Shown here one piece after another: positions 1-9,588 of a DNA stretch of 64,000 bases. Made by a program: the position numbers and the translations under genes. The notes beneath the pieces were generated by a model. The model saw only the letters and a program-made list of their open reading frames with translations, was not told the origin of the DNA and ran no database searches. Source of the stretch: Armatimonadia bacterium (GTDB taxonomy: Bacteria > Armatimonadota > Zipacnadia > Zipacnadales > JABUFB01); assembly GCA_039679385.1 (NCBI GenBank), contig JBDKVB010000073.1, forward strand, positions 17,539 through 81,538, written 5' to 3'. Numbering within the stretch: the first letter of the stretch is position 1; every line of letters begins with the position of its first letter.

Positions 1-202
1 AAAAGACGAACTTCGGCTCGACGCGTGGCGCACGCTTCGAGAGTGGCGCGGGAGCCAGCTTCTAGGCTGATGCGGCGCGGGTCCGTGGTGCTCACGGCCT
101 TGCGCCCAGACCTCTGTGCAGGTATGTTATGGGGTGTCAGGTTCCTGAGGAAGGCCGAGAGTGGTCCTGTCGGTGCACCCCTGGTCGGAGGAGAGCTTGG
201 TA

Positions 203-1198
203 ATGGCTACGCTCAAGCAGCTTGCCGCATGCTTCGCGATGCTTTGCATCCTGACGGGGTGCACCTCCTGCGGAGGGGGCCAAAGCACCGTGCCGACTCC
301 GCCTCCGCCGACGCGTCCGAACTTCGACCGCAGTCTGGCGTACTCGGACATCGTGACGCAGTGCAACTTCGGACCGCGTAACCCCGGCTCGACGGGCCAC
401 GAGAACTGCCGGGTGTGGCTTGTGAACAAGCTGACCGCGCTGGCGGACAGTGTTGTGAAGCAGGACTTCAGCGCCCAGACGCCCCTGGGCGGTCCCTACA
501 GCTTCGAGAACATAGTCGGAGTCTTCGCCAGTCAGGCCACCGGCTCTCCCCTGCTCCTGGCGGCCCACTGGGACACTCGTCCCATCGCGGACGAGGACCC
601 TGACGCGGCGAACCGGAATACGGCCATCCTCGGCGCCAACGACGGAGCTTCGGGAGTGGCTGTGCTCCTGGAGTTGGCCCGGCATCTGAAGGACAACCCA
701 CCGACGCGGCCGGTCATCCTTGCCTTCGTCGACGCGGAGGACTCTGGCCTGGGCTCCAGCGCCCAGCCGTACATGGGCTTCTGCATCGGCTCGAACCACC
801 TGGCGAACAACTGGCCCAGCAGCCTGCCGGTCCCTTCTGAGATGATCCTGTTGGACATGGTCGGCGCCGATCAGCGCAACAACCCACGGCTTCAGCCGAC
901 TGGTGCCATCGGTGGGCCGGAGTTCCGCCTCGAGCAGAACTCGCTGAACTCGAACCCATCCCTCATGAACCGCATCTGGAGTGCGGCCGAGACCCGTGGG
1001 CACACCGCCTTCGTGCGCCAGTCTCAGGGCGCGATCACCGACGACCACAAGCCCTTCATCGACAAGGGCCTGCCCGCGGTAGACATCATCCACTTCGCCC
1101 CGGCCGAATGGCACACGGTGGACGATACCCCGGCGAACTGCTCGGCCGAGACCCTGTACCAGGTGGGCGACACCCTCGTGTCGATCCTGTGGCCCTAA
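203..1198 (+). CDS. M28-family zinc peptidase / glutaminyl-cyclase-like lipoprotein
   Basis: SD GGAGGAGAG precedes the ATG at 203. N-terminal lipobox (LTGCTSC). M28 metal-binding pattern (AAHWDTRP...NDGASGVAVLLELARHL...FVDAEDSG). Confidence 0.7.
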   Translation: MATLKQLAACFAMLCILTGCTSCGGGQSTVPTPPPPTRPNFDRSLAYSDIVTQCNFGPRNPGSTGHENCRVWLVNKLTALADSVVKQDFSAQTPLGGPYSFENIVGVFASQATGSPLLLAAHWDTRPIADEDPDAANRNTAILGANDGASGVAVLLELARHLKDNPPTRPVILAFVDAEDSGLGSSAQPYMGFCIGSNHLANNWPSSLPVPSEMILLDMVGADQRNNPRLQPTGAIGGPEFRLEQNSLNSNPSLMNRIWSAAETRGHTAFVRQSQGAITDDHKPFIDKGLPAVDIIHFAPAEWHTVDDTPANCSAETLYQVGDTLVSILWP

Positions 1199-1279
1199 GG
1201 GCCACTGGCAGGCGCGACCCGGCCCATGCCTCGACGTGACGGTAAGTGATGGGGGCACTGGGAAGACCCCAGGGGGCTG

Positions 1280-1936
1280 TCAGACGCCGATGTGACCGGG
1301 GCGTCTGATCTTGGCGGCTCGGCGCACGAGTTCACGCGCTGCGGCCTCGGGGTCCGGCTGGTCACTGATTGCGCTGATGACCGCCAGCAACTCGGCCCCG
1401 TGAGCCACGACCTCTTCGAGGTGCTCGGCCCCGACTCCGCCTATCGCACAGACGGGCAGTGTGGTTGCCGCGCGAACGGCCTCCAAGGCTTCGAGGCCAA
1501 CTACCGGCTTCTCAGGTCTCGTGGGAGAGGGATAGAGGGCACCGACGGCGACGTAGGTTGCGCCGTCAGCTTGGGCAATCCGGGCGTTTTCAGGGGTGGG
1601 GGTGGTAGCTCCAATGATCGCCGTCGGACCCATGAGGCGTCGAGCATAGGCCACCGGCAGGTCCTCGGCACCGAGGTGAACACCATCAGCACCGACTGCC
1701 AGGGCCACGTCCACGCAGTCATCGATGATGAGTGGCACCTTCGCCGCGCGGGTCATGCGTACCAGGACAGAAGCCTCCTCGACCAGATCGCGTCGCGAGA
1801 GTGACTTTGCCCGCAACTGGACCATCCCGACGCCGGCGCGCAACACTGCAGCGACAGTGCGACGGACTTGCTGCTGGTTCCGGCCGATATCCGAAGTGAC
1901 ATAGTAGATGTTTGAGCGCAAAGCCTGGATCAGCAT
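1280..1936 (-). CDS. thiE: thiamine-phosphate synthase
   Basis: ThiE-like TIM-barrel sequence (GVGMVQLRAK...VPLIIDDCVDVALAVGADGVHLG...AIGGV). Start taken at the internal ATG (MLIQALR), not the longest ORF. Confidence 0.8.
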   Translation of the reverse strand: MLIQALRSNIYYVTSDIGRNQQQVRRTVAAVLRAGVGMVQLRAKSLSRRDLVEEASVLVRMTRAAKVPLIIDDCVDVALAVGADGVHLGAEDLPVAYARRLMGPTAIIGATTPTPENARIAQADGATYVAVGALYPSPTRPEKPVVGLEALEAVRAATTLPVCAIGGVGAEHLEEVVAHGAELLAVISAISDQPDPEAAARELVRRAAKIRRPGHIGV

Positions 1937-2229
1937 GTCCCCAAGTATAGCGTGACATGCTCTGGAAGGGAAGGAGCGCCGACCGCCTACCACCACCACC
2001 GGACCTTTCTACTTTGCCCGGATAGGACATTGTCACCTTGCGCCTACACCCGAGGCGGACAGCCTTGACACTCCTCCAGGATGGGCGATAGAATAACTTC
2101 CCAATTGGCGTAAGCGAGCCGATAAGGATTGCACGTTGGCTCCCTGGCACGTGTTCTTGCGCGTTGCTCGGGGCCGACGTGTGCCTTCTTGTTTCCTCGA
2201 ACGGTGCGCGGGATTGTGAGGCCAGCCGG

Positions 2230-5037
2230 ATGGATTACCGCAAGACCCTGAATCTGCTGAAAACTGATTTCCCGATGAAGGCCAACCTGCCACAGCGCGA
2301 GCCCCTGCTCGTGGAGTGGTGGGAGGACATCGATATCTACGACAAGGTCCGGGAGAAGAGCAAGGGAAGGCCCAAGTGGATCCTCCACGACGGCCCCCCC
2401 TATGCGAACGGCAACATTCACCTGGGCCAGGCCCTCAACAAGATACTCAAGGACATCGCTATCAAGTACAAGACGATGCGGGGTTACGATTGCCCGTACG
2501 TTCCCGGCTGGGACACTCAGGGGCTCCCGACCGAACAAGCGGTGCGTCGCGAGAAGGGGGTTGACCGCAGGCAGGTCTCGCCGCTGGAGTGGCGCCGGAT
2601 GTGCGGCGAACTGGCACTCGGGTATGTCGACACTCAGCGCAAGCAGTTCAAGCGTCTGGGGGTCCGTGGCGACTGGGACCACCCCTACCTCACGCTGAGC
2701 AAGGAGTACCAGGCACGCCAGATCGACGCCTTTGGCAAGATGGCGCTCAAGGGCCTGGTGCATCGTCGCCTGCGGCCCGTCTACTGGTGCCATCACGAGG
2801 ACTGCATGACAGCCCTGGCCGAGGACGAGATCGAGTACCAGACGAAGATCTCGCCGGCCATCTACGTTGCTTTCGAGTTCCCGGAGGGCACCAAGCCCTT
2901 CGGTGCCGAGGCCCAGACGGCTGTGCCCGCAGGCACCAATCCCGAGGTCGTCATCTGGACCACTACGCCCTGGACGATCCCCGGCAACACCGGCATCGCG
3001 CTCAACGACAGCGCCGAGTACGTGTTGCTGCGAGCCACGCTGCGCGGACGGACACGCTTTCTGGTCTGCGCCTCCGCCCTCATGGACACCATGGTGAGCG
3101 AGTGCGAGTTGCAGGACGTGGAGATTCTGGGCCGCGCTGCTGGTCGCGATCTCGAAGGCATGGTGGCCGTCCACCCGATCTACGGGCGAGATTCGCGGAT
3201 TGTCCTCGCTGACTATGTTGTGATGGATCAGGGCACCGGCTGCGTGCACACTGCGCCGGGTCATGGTCTGGAGGACTTCCAGACGTCGCTGCGGTACCAA
3301 CTGGACGTCATCAGCCCGGTCGACGACGAGGGCCGCTTCACTGACGAGGCCGGTCCGGATCTGGTCGGGAAGGTCTGCGACAAGTCCAACGAGAACGTCC
3401 TTGACCTCCTGCGGGCCACGGATGCCCTGTTGCATGCCGGCACGATCGAGCATGACTATCCCCACTGCTGGCGCTGCCACAACCCGGTCATCTACCGTGC
3501 AACCAAGCAGTGGTTCATGGACATCGACGCCCTACGAGCCGATGCCCTGGTGCAGATCAAGAACGCTGACTGGATGCCAAAGTGGGGCGAGTCCCGGATC
3601 AGCGGCATGGTAGCTGCGCGGCCGGACTGGTGCATCTCCCGACAGCGCATCTGGGGCGTACCGATCCCGGTGTTCTACTGCAAGAGCTGCAACCAGGTGC
3701 TCCTCACACAGGAGAGTGTGGACAGCGTCCGCGACATTGTGGCCGAACACGGGGCCGATGCCTGGTTTGAGCGGGACGCCAAGGACCTGCTGCCCGCGGG
3801 GACTCACTGCGCTAAATGCCAGGGCACGGAGTTCACCAAGGAACCAGACATCATGTCTGTGTGGTTTGATAGTGGGGTAAGTCACTACAGCGTCCTGCTG
3901 ACGAACCCTGACCTGAGCTTCCCGGCTGACCTGTATCTGGAGGGCGACGACCAGTACCAGTGTTGGTTCCAGACCTCGCTGTGGTGCGCGGTTGCCCTGG
4001 GCGAGCCAGCTCCCTTCAAGATGGTGGTGGGGCACGCCTTCTTCGTCGATGAGACCGGGACGAAGATGTCCAAGAGCAAGGGCAACATCATCTCGCCCCA
4101 GGTGATCTACGACAAGTACGGCGCAGACGTGCTGCGGCTCTGGTTCACCTACGCCGACTTCCGCCGCAAGATGTTCTGCACCGAGGACATCTTCCAACAG
4201 GTAGCCGACGCCTACCGGCGCATTCGGAACACCGCACGGTTCATGCTCCAGAACCTGCAGGACTTCAACCCGGCGACAGACAGCGTGCCGGAGCCGGAGA
4301 TGCGTGAGTTCGACCGGTGGGCGCTCATGCGGATGAGCCAGTTGGCGGCCCGCATGACCGCGGCCTTCGATGAGTGGGACCTGCATCTGTTCTACCACGA
4401 CCTCCACGCCTTCTGCGCCACTGACCTAAGTGCTATCTATCTGGATGTGCTCAAGGATAACCTGTACACGAATCGGGCAGACGCGCCCGAGAGGCGTTCG
4501 GCACAGACGGCTCTGTGGCAGATGCTACTTGCTCTCACCAAGATGATGGCGCCGGTTCTGACGTTTACGGCAGAGGAAATCTGGCAACATTGTCGAAAGC
4601 TTGATCCGGAACTCCCCGAGAGCGTGCAACTCGCCGACTGGCCGGAACCCATGCCGGCGAACGAAGAGTTTGCAGCACGCTGGGAGAAGATGCTGGCAGT
4701 TCGCGGCGTGGTCATGGCTTCGCTGGAGGCTGCTCGAGGCGCGGGTGACGTTGAGAACCCGATCGAGGCGCGAGTGGACCTCTACAGCGATGGCCCGACT
4801 CGCGACTTCCTGAGGAGTTTTGGTGACACGCTACCGTCTCTGTTTATCGTGTCGGCCGTAGAGCTCCATGACGTGGCAGACGCGCCCGTTGAAGTGGCGG
4901 AGCACGTGGGCGTCGCTGCCGTGGCGAAAGTTGCAGAAGGGGACAAGTGCCCACGTTGCTGGACTCGTTCCACGACAGTGGGAGCGGACACGACCTATCC
5001 GGAGCTGTGTGCCCGTTGTGCAGGGCGTGTGTCGTAG
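2230..5037 (+). CDS. ileS: isoleucyl-tRNA synthetase
   Basis: Class I aaRS HIGH-type motif (PPYANGNIHLGQAL), KMSKS (KMSKSKGN) and C-terminal Zn finger (CPRCW...CARCAGRV). Length about 935 aa from MDYRKTL. Confidence 0.95.
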   Translation: MDYRKTLNLLKTDFPMKANLPQREPLLVEWWEDIDIYDKVREKSKGRPKWILHDGPPYANGNIHLGQALNKILKDIAIKYKTMRGYDCPYVPGWDTQGLPTEQAVRREKGVDRRQVSPLEWRRMCGELALGYVDTQRKQFKRLGVRGDWDHPYLTLSKEYQARQIDAFGKMALKGLVHRRLRPVYWCHHEDCMTALAEDEIEYQTKISPAIYVAFEFPEGTKPFGAEAQTAVPAGTNPEVVIWTTTPWTIPGNTGIALNDSAEYVLLRATLRGRTRFLVCASALMDTMVSECELQDVEILGRAAGRDLEGMVAVHPIYGRDSRIVLADYVVMDQGTGCVHTAPGHGLEDFQTSLRYQLDVISPVDDEGRFTDEAGPDLVGKVCDKSNENVLDLLRATDALLHAGTIEHDYPHCWRCHNPVIYRATKQWFMDIDALRADALVQIKNADWMPKWGESRISGMVAARPDWCISRQRIWGVPIPVFYCKSCNQVLLTQESVDSVRDIVAEHGADAWFERDAKDLLPAGTHCAKCQGTEFTKEPDIMSVWFDSGVSHYSVLLTNPDLSFPADLYLEGDDQYQCWFQTSLWCAVALGEPAPFKMVVGHAFFVDETGTKMSKSKGNIISPQVIYDKYGADVLRLWFTYADFRRKMFCTEDIFQQVADAYRRIRNTARFMLQNLQDFNPATDSVPEPEMREFDRWALMRMSQLAARMTAAFDEWDLHLFYHDLHAFCATDLSAIYLDVLKDNLYTNRADAPERRSAQTALWQMLLALTKMMAPVLTFTAEEIWQHCRKLDPELPESVQLADWPEPMPANEEFAARWEKMLAVRGVVMASLEAARGAGDVENPIEARVDLYSDGPTRDFLRSFGDTLPSLFIVSAVELHDVADAPVEVAEHVGVAAVAKVAEGDKCPRCWTRSTTVGADTTYPELCARCAGRVS

Positions 5038-5232
5038 CGGTCCTGGGCATGGGCACGAGACTGTAGCAGGGGTCTGGCCGTAAGCCGAGTGAGAACGTGG
5101 GTCGGGATGGGCCGGTTCCAGGCTCTGAGGGGTAACACACTCGGAACGTAGCGCCCGGCGTCCCAGGGCGTTCGTTCGCGGAGGCTTCGCGGCCGACCAT
5201 CAAGAACAGCCTCATCACAGGAGGACAGTGCT

Positions 5233-5610
5233 GTGCCCCGAACGCGGAACCTGGACATGACAAAGTTCAAGGAACGTCTGGAGGAAGAGCGCACCAAACT
5301 GCGGGCCGAACTGCAGCGCATCGACGACCGCACGGCGGGCCGTGACCGGCTGAACTCGGACGTGGCCAGCGAGGACTTCGACGAGCCCGGGGGAGATGCC
5401 GCGCAGGAGACACTCGAGCGCTCCCAGTCGATGGCTATCGGCGAAAGCCTGCGCGGCATGCTGGACAATGTGGAGAATGCGCTCAAGAAGATCGACGCGG
5501 GCTCCTACGGGGTCTGTGATTCCTGCGGCAAGGAGATCCCCAAGGCGCGACTCGAGATCATGCCTGCGGCCACGATGTGCACGGCCTGTCGCGCGCGCCT
5601 GTCGAGCTGA
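5233..5610 (+). CDS. DksA/TraR-family C4 zinc-finger protein
   Basis: Coiled-coil N-terminus followed by CDSCGKEI...CTACRARL. GTG start with AGGAGGA SD 7 nt upstream. Stop overlaps the lspA start (TGATG). Confidence 0.7.
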   Translation: MPRTRNLDMTKFKERLEEERTKLRAELQRIDDRTAGRDRLNSDVASEDFDEPGGDAAQETLERSQSMAIGESLRGMLDNVENALKKIDAGSYGVCDSCGKEIPKARLEIMPAATMCTACRARLSS

Positions 5611-6122
5611 TGAGTGACGACACGCCGAAAACCGGGAGCGCCTGGGTCAGTCGTGCACATCTGTTCGGTCCTGCCGTGGTGACGGTGGCGGTCGATCAGC
5701 TGACAAAGGCGCTCATCGTATCCAGAATGAGCGTCGGTGACTCGATACCGGTTCTCGGCCCCTATCTGAGCCTGACGCGCCGCACCAATACAGGCGGCGC
5801 CTTCGGCATTCTCCAGGGGAACGCCATCCTGCTGGCGGTAATCGGGGTATCGGTCATCTGTGCCCTGGCGATAGTGGGGCCCAGAGTTGCCGGAGCGAAC
5901 CGACCAGTGTTGTGGTCCTTCGGCTTGGTGCTCGGCGGCGCCCTGGGCAACCTGCTTGACCGGGTTTTGCTGGGCCACGTGGTCGACTTCATTGACTTCC
6001 ATGTGTGGCCTGTGTTCAACGTTGCCGATATCGGCATCACCTGCGGCGCCGCGCTGCTATTCCTGTGTCTGCTCCTCGATAGCCGAGTGCAAGAGGCAGC
6101 AGACCCCGGCGACGGCTTCTAA
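5610..6122 (+). CDS. lspA: lipoprotein signal peptidase II
   Basis: Four-TM SPase II with conserved TNTGGAFG and FNVADIGI motifs. Typical ileS-lspA synteny. Confidence 0.85.
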   Translation: MSDDTPKTGSAWVSRAHLFGPAVVTVAVDQLTKALIVSRMSVGDSIPVLGPYLSLTRRTNTGGAFGILQGNAILLAVIGVSVICALAIVGPRVAGANRPVLWSFGLVLGGALGNLLDRVLLGHVVDFIDFHVWPVFNVADIGITCGAALLFLCLLLDSRVQEAADPGDGF

Positions 6123-6247
6123 GGCAGGACTCTGCCGATCCGCAATCTCATCCCAGGGCCTGGCAGAGCCGGGCACCTCGGTCCCGTCCACCCTTCTTCA
6201 GCTCACATTCACTGCCCTTGGCACCAGCCAGATAGGCTTGCATCGCT

Positions 6248-7306
6248 ATGCGTTCAGTTCTCGTGTCTCTCGGGCCCTGGGGATGGCCGGCCGTCTTCGG
6301 CCTTGCCGCGGTGCTCGTCATCGTTGTATTCCTCTGGCGCAAGCTCGAGCGTCTTCTCGATGAGGAACCAGCGCCCATCGATGGGCGCTGGTACGTCTTC
6401 ACTTCCGCAGCAGTGGCCCTTGTCTCCTATCTGCTACTCCTGGCTATCAACCGGCTCGCACCCGTGGAGATCAAGTCGTACGGCGTGATGCTGCTGTGTG
6501 GCTTCGTGGCCGGCATCATCTACGCGTATAAGGTCGGCCCCCAACGCGGTCTGACCCTCCCAATGATCATCGACATGACGCTCCTGGACTTGGTCCTGGC
6601 GATCGTGGGAGCACGCGTCATTTTCGTCCTCACGATGTACCAAGACTACGCCGCTGCGCCCAGCACGGTTCTTGATGTGTGGCGTGGTGGGCTGTCCTTT
6701 CACGGGGGACTCCTAGGCGCCGTCGTGGCCACTGTGATCTTCTGTCGCTGGCGCAAGGTCAGGTTCGCGGTGCTCGCAGACATCTGCACGCCCGCAGTCA
6801 CACTTGGCTATGCGCTCACTCGCATCGGCTGCTTCCTGAACGGCTGCTGCCATGGCGGGCCGACCAACCTGCCCTGGGGCGTCGTCTTCCCAGAGAACGC
6901 AGCGCGTTTCCCGATGCCTGTGCATCCGACCCAGATCTACTCCGCGATCGGCAGCGTCATACTCTTCTTCATCCTCACGAGACTGTGGCCGCGTATGCAC
7001 CGCCCGGGGCAGCTGTTCCCCGTGTACCTGGTGCTGTATTCGTTCATGCGTTTCTTCATGGAGGCGACTCGCCGGGGTGCTACGGCCGAGCCCTCCTCCT
7101 GGCTACCCGTCCTGACCGTGGGGCAGGTCGCCTGCATCGCCATCGCCCTGGCAGGCCTGGTGTGGTTCGCAATCCTCCAGCGGATGCCTTCCGAGAACCC
7201 GCTGACGGCCTCCGCCCTACTCGGCACCCCGAAGCCTTCGGAGCTTCCCCACACTTCCCGCGCAACCTCCGTGAGCAGCAAGTCTGCGGCGGGAAAGCGC
7301 AAGTGA
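6248..7306 (+). CDS. lgt: prolipoprotein diacylglyceryl transferase
   Basis: Multi-TM protein with Lgt signature region (TRIGCFLNGCCHGGPTNLPWGVVFP) and HPTQIYSA. Lies downstream of lspA. Confidence 0.85.
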   Translation: MRSVLVSLGPWGWPAVFGLAAVLVIVVFLWRKLERLLDEEPAPIDGRWYVFTSAAVALVSYLLLLAINRLAPVEIKSYGVMLLCGFVAGIIYAYKVGPQRGLTLPMIIDMTLLDLVLAIVGARVIFVLTMYQDYAAAPSTVLDVWRGGLSFHGGLLGAVVATVIFCRWRKVRFAVLADICTPAVTLGYALTRIGCFLNGCCHGGPTNLPWGVVFPENAARFPMPVHPTQIYSAIGSVILFFILTRLWPRMHRPGQLFPVYLVLYSFMRFFMEATRRGATAEPSSWLPVLTVGQVACIAIALAGLVWFAILQRMPSENPLTASALLGTPKPSELPHTSRATSVSSKSAAGKRK

Positions 7307-7313
7307 CGCACAG

Positions 7314-8258
7314 ATGCTCTCACCCCAGGAACCTGAGCGAAGGTGGGCCGGGGTTGTTCCTCGAGAGGGCCACGGGAGACGGCTGGATCAGTTGCTGGCC
7401 GCACTGGTGCCGGACCTCACACGCGCGCAGGCCCAGCGGCTGATTCGTGAAGGCCTGTGCCTGGTGGAGGGCCGCCCCGGGCAGTCCTCCGACCGTCCGC
7501 CGGCCGGGACGATGATCTCCGTCACTCTCCGCGCCCCACACACCGACGTGGCGGCTGAGGCCACGCCTCTGGACATCCTCTTCGAGGACGACGTGATCAT
7601 CGCCCTCAACAAGCCGGCAGGCATGGCCGTCCATCCGGCTCGAGGAACGCCTACCGGGACACTGCTGAACGCCCTCATGGGGCACCTGGGGCCCGAGGCA
7701 CGCCCATCTCTCGTACACCGCCTGGACCGCGACACCTCCGGGGCCCTGCTTGCTGCCAAGACGCCCCAGGCACACCACGGACTCCGCCGGCAGATGGAAG
7801 CGAGACAGCTACGGCGGACCTACTGGGCGCTGGTGTGGGGAGTCGTGACGCCTGCCGAGGGTGTCATCCAGGCGACGCTGGCCCGGGCCCGTGGTGACAA
7901 GACGCGTATGACCGTCTGCCCGCGGGGGAAGGAGGCCGTCACGCACTACCGAAGACTGCAGATTCTGCTGGTCGAAGGCGAGTCGGTCAGCCTCGTGGAG
8001 GCCCGTCTGGAGACTGGCAGGACCCACCAGATCCGCGTGCACTTCGAGTGGATCGGTCACCCGCTGGTTGGCGAGCGCGTCTACCGGGGAGCACGGGCGA
8101 CCCGGACGGCAACCGACGGGGCCTTCCCCGGGCAGGCGCTACACTCACGGAGGCTGGAGTTCCTCCATCCCGTCTCCGGCCACGCCATGGGGGTCGAGGC
8201 GCCGCTGCCTGAGGCCTTCGCCCGGTTCGTGACCATCGGCGACGCAGAAGGCTGTTAG
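7314..8258 (+). CDS. rluD: RluA-family 23S rRNA pseudouridine synthase (RluD-like)
   Basis: S4-like N-terminus (RLDQLLA...LIREGLCLVEG) and catalytic motif HRLDRDTSGALLAAKT. Confidence 0.85.
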   Translation: MLSPQEPERRWAGVVPREGHGRRLDQLLAALVPDLTRAQAQRLIREGLCLVEGRPGQSSDRPPAGTMISVTLRAPHTDVAAEATPLDILFEDDVIIALNKPAGMAVHPARGTPTGTLLNALMGHLGPEARPSLVHRLDRDTSGALLAAKTPQAHHGLRRQMEARQLRRTYWALVWGVVTPAEGVIQATLARARGDKTRMTVCPRGKEAVTHYRRLQILLVEGESVSLVEARLETGRTHQIRVHFEWIGHPLVGERVYRGARATRTATDGAFPGQALHSRRLEFLHPVSGHAMGVEAPLPEAFARFVTIGDAEGC

Positions 8259-9346
8259 CCCCCAGCGTCCGCACAAGCCTCACGAACGGCCGGGTGCACT
8301 ATCTCCCCCCCTCTGACATTGATCCCCCACCTGAGTGATGGGTCGGCCTCGCAAGCACCGTCCAGCCCCAGATTGGCGATGGCTGCCACATAGGGTAAGG
8401 TCGCATTGGTCAGCGCGAAGGTCGCAGTACGTGGCACAGCAGCCGGGATATTCGGCACCGCATAGTGCAGTACGCCATGCATGGTGTAGGTCGGCTGTGA
8501 GTGGGTCGTAGGCCGGATGGTCTCGATACAGCCGCCCTGGTCGATCGCTATGTCCACCAGGACGGAGCCTTTGACCATGCTTGCCACCATTTCCTCGGTG
8601 ACCACCTGCGGCGCACGGGCTCCGGGGATGAGGACGGCGCCGATCACCAGATCGGCATAGCGCACGGCCCGCGCGATGTTGTAGGGCGTGGAGTACCATG
8701 TGACCGCTCTGCCGCTGACGAGGTCATCCAGGTGCTTGAGCCGCGCGTGGTTGAGGTCGATGATGGTGACCTGAGCGCCCATGCCGAGGGCCATCCTGGC
8801 GGCATTGAGACCCACGGTTCCACAGCCGACAACCACCACGTCGGCCGGAGGTACGCCTGGAGTGCCGCCAAGAAGGACCCCACGACCACCCTGGTGAGCC
8901 GTCAGGCAGTGAGCCCCCATCTGCGTGCCCAGTCTCCCGGCAATCTCACTCATGGGTGTGAGGAGCGGCAATTGCCCGTCGGCCGTCTGGACCGTCTCAT
9001 AGCCCACAGCCGTGATCCCGGACTCCTGCAGCGCCCGCGTCAGCTCAAGGCTCGAGGCCAGGTGCAGGTAGGTGAATAGCGTCAGCCCGGGCCGGAGTCG
9101 TGGGTACTCCACCGGCAGCGGCTCCTTCACCTTGACCACCAGATCGGCCTCGGCCCAGGCTTCCTCGACCGAGACGATCCGTGCCCCCGCCTCCCTGTAG
9201 TCTTCGTCACCGATGCCGCTGCCTTCGCCCGCGTCACGCTCAACCAGGACAACGTGGCCGCCGCTGGTCAGGAGGTGAACACCGGCAGGAGCCATGGCAA
9301 CTCGGTTCTCCCCGTCCTTGATCTCTTTGGGAACTGCGACGTGCAT
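8255..9346 (-). CDS. ald: alanine dehydrogenase
   Basis: MHVAVPKEIKDGENRVA N-terminus and Rossmann motif VVVGCGTVGLNAARMALGMGAQVTIID. Convergent with rluD, overlapping by 4 nt. Confidence 0.9.
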   Translation of the reverse strand: MHVAVPKEIKDGENRVAMAPAGVHLLTSGGHVVLVERDAGEGSGIGDEDYREAGARIVSVEEAWAEADLVVKVKEPLPVEYPRLRPGLTLFTYLHLASSLELTRALQESGITAVGYETVQTADGQLPLLTPMSEIAGRLGTQMGAHCLTAHQGGRGVLLGGTPGVPPADVVVVGCGTVGLNAARMALGMGAQVTIIDLNHARLKHLDDLVSGRAVTWYSTPYNIARAVRYADLVIGAVLIPGARAPQVVTEEMVASMVKGSVLVDIAIDQGGCIETIRPTTHSQPTYTMHGVLHYAVPNIPAAVPRTATFALTNATLPYVAAIANLGLDGACEADPSLRWGINVRGGEIVHPAVREACADAGG

Positions 9347-9588
9347 CGAAGTGCCTCCGGTGGTTCAGGTGTAGGGCGACGGTGCCGGCAAGGCGGGCTG
9401 ACTGGTCTTGCCCTGGACAATAGTAGCGTGGGCCGCTGGCTCTGTGAAGGCTACTTGATGAATTGGCAACCGTGCGTTAAGATTGTGGAGGTCAGATAGC
9501 CCCCAGGGCGCCTCCCGGTATGCCTCGGTCTGTGGTTGGAATGAGGAGGGCGCGCGGGTGGCCCCTATCGCAAGGAGTGAACCCGGGG

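Noticed and set aside
137-1258. Long antisense ORFs opposite real genes (for example 137..1258 -, 2044..3480 -, 9637..11223 -, 22974..24494 -, 47452..49158 -, 49618..50829 -)
   Set aside because: High GC content suppresses stop codons in non-coding frames. These ORFs lack recognisable protein motifs, and the opposite strand encodes well-supported conserved proteins such as IleS, the HK, PheT, the heparinase-like protein and the kinase.
1937-2229. A 290-nt leader upstream of ileS, considered as a possible T-box riboswitch
   Set aside because: There is no GGGUGGNACC-like T-box core and no clear terminator. Only a weak CACGT/ACGTG hairpin is present, which is not enough to call.
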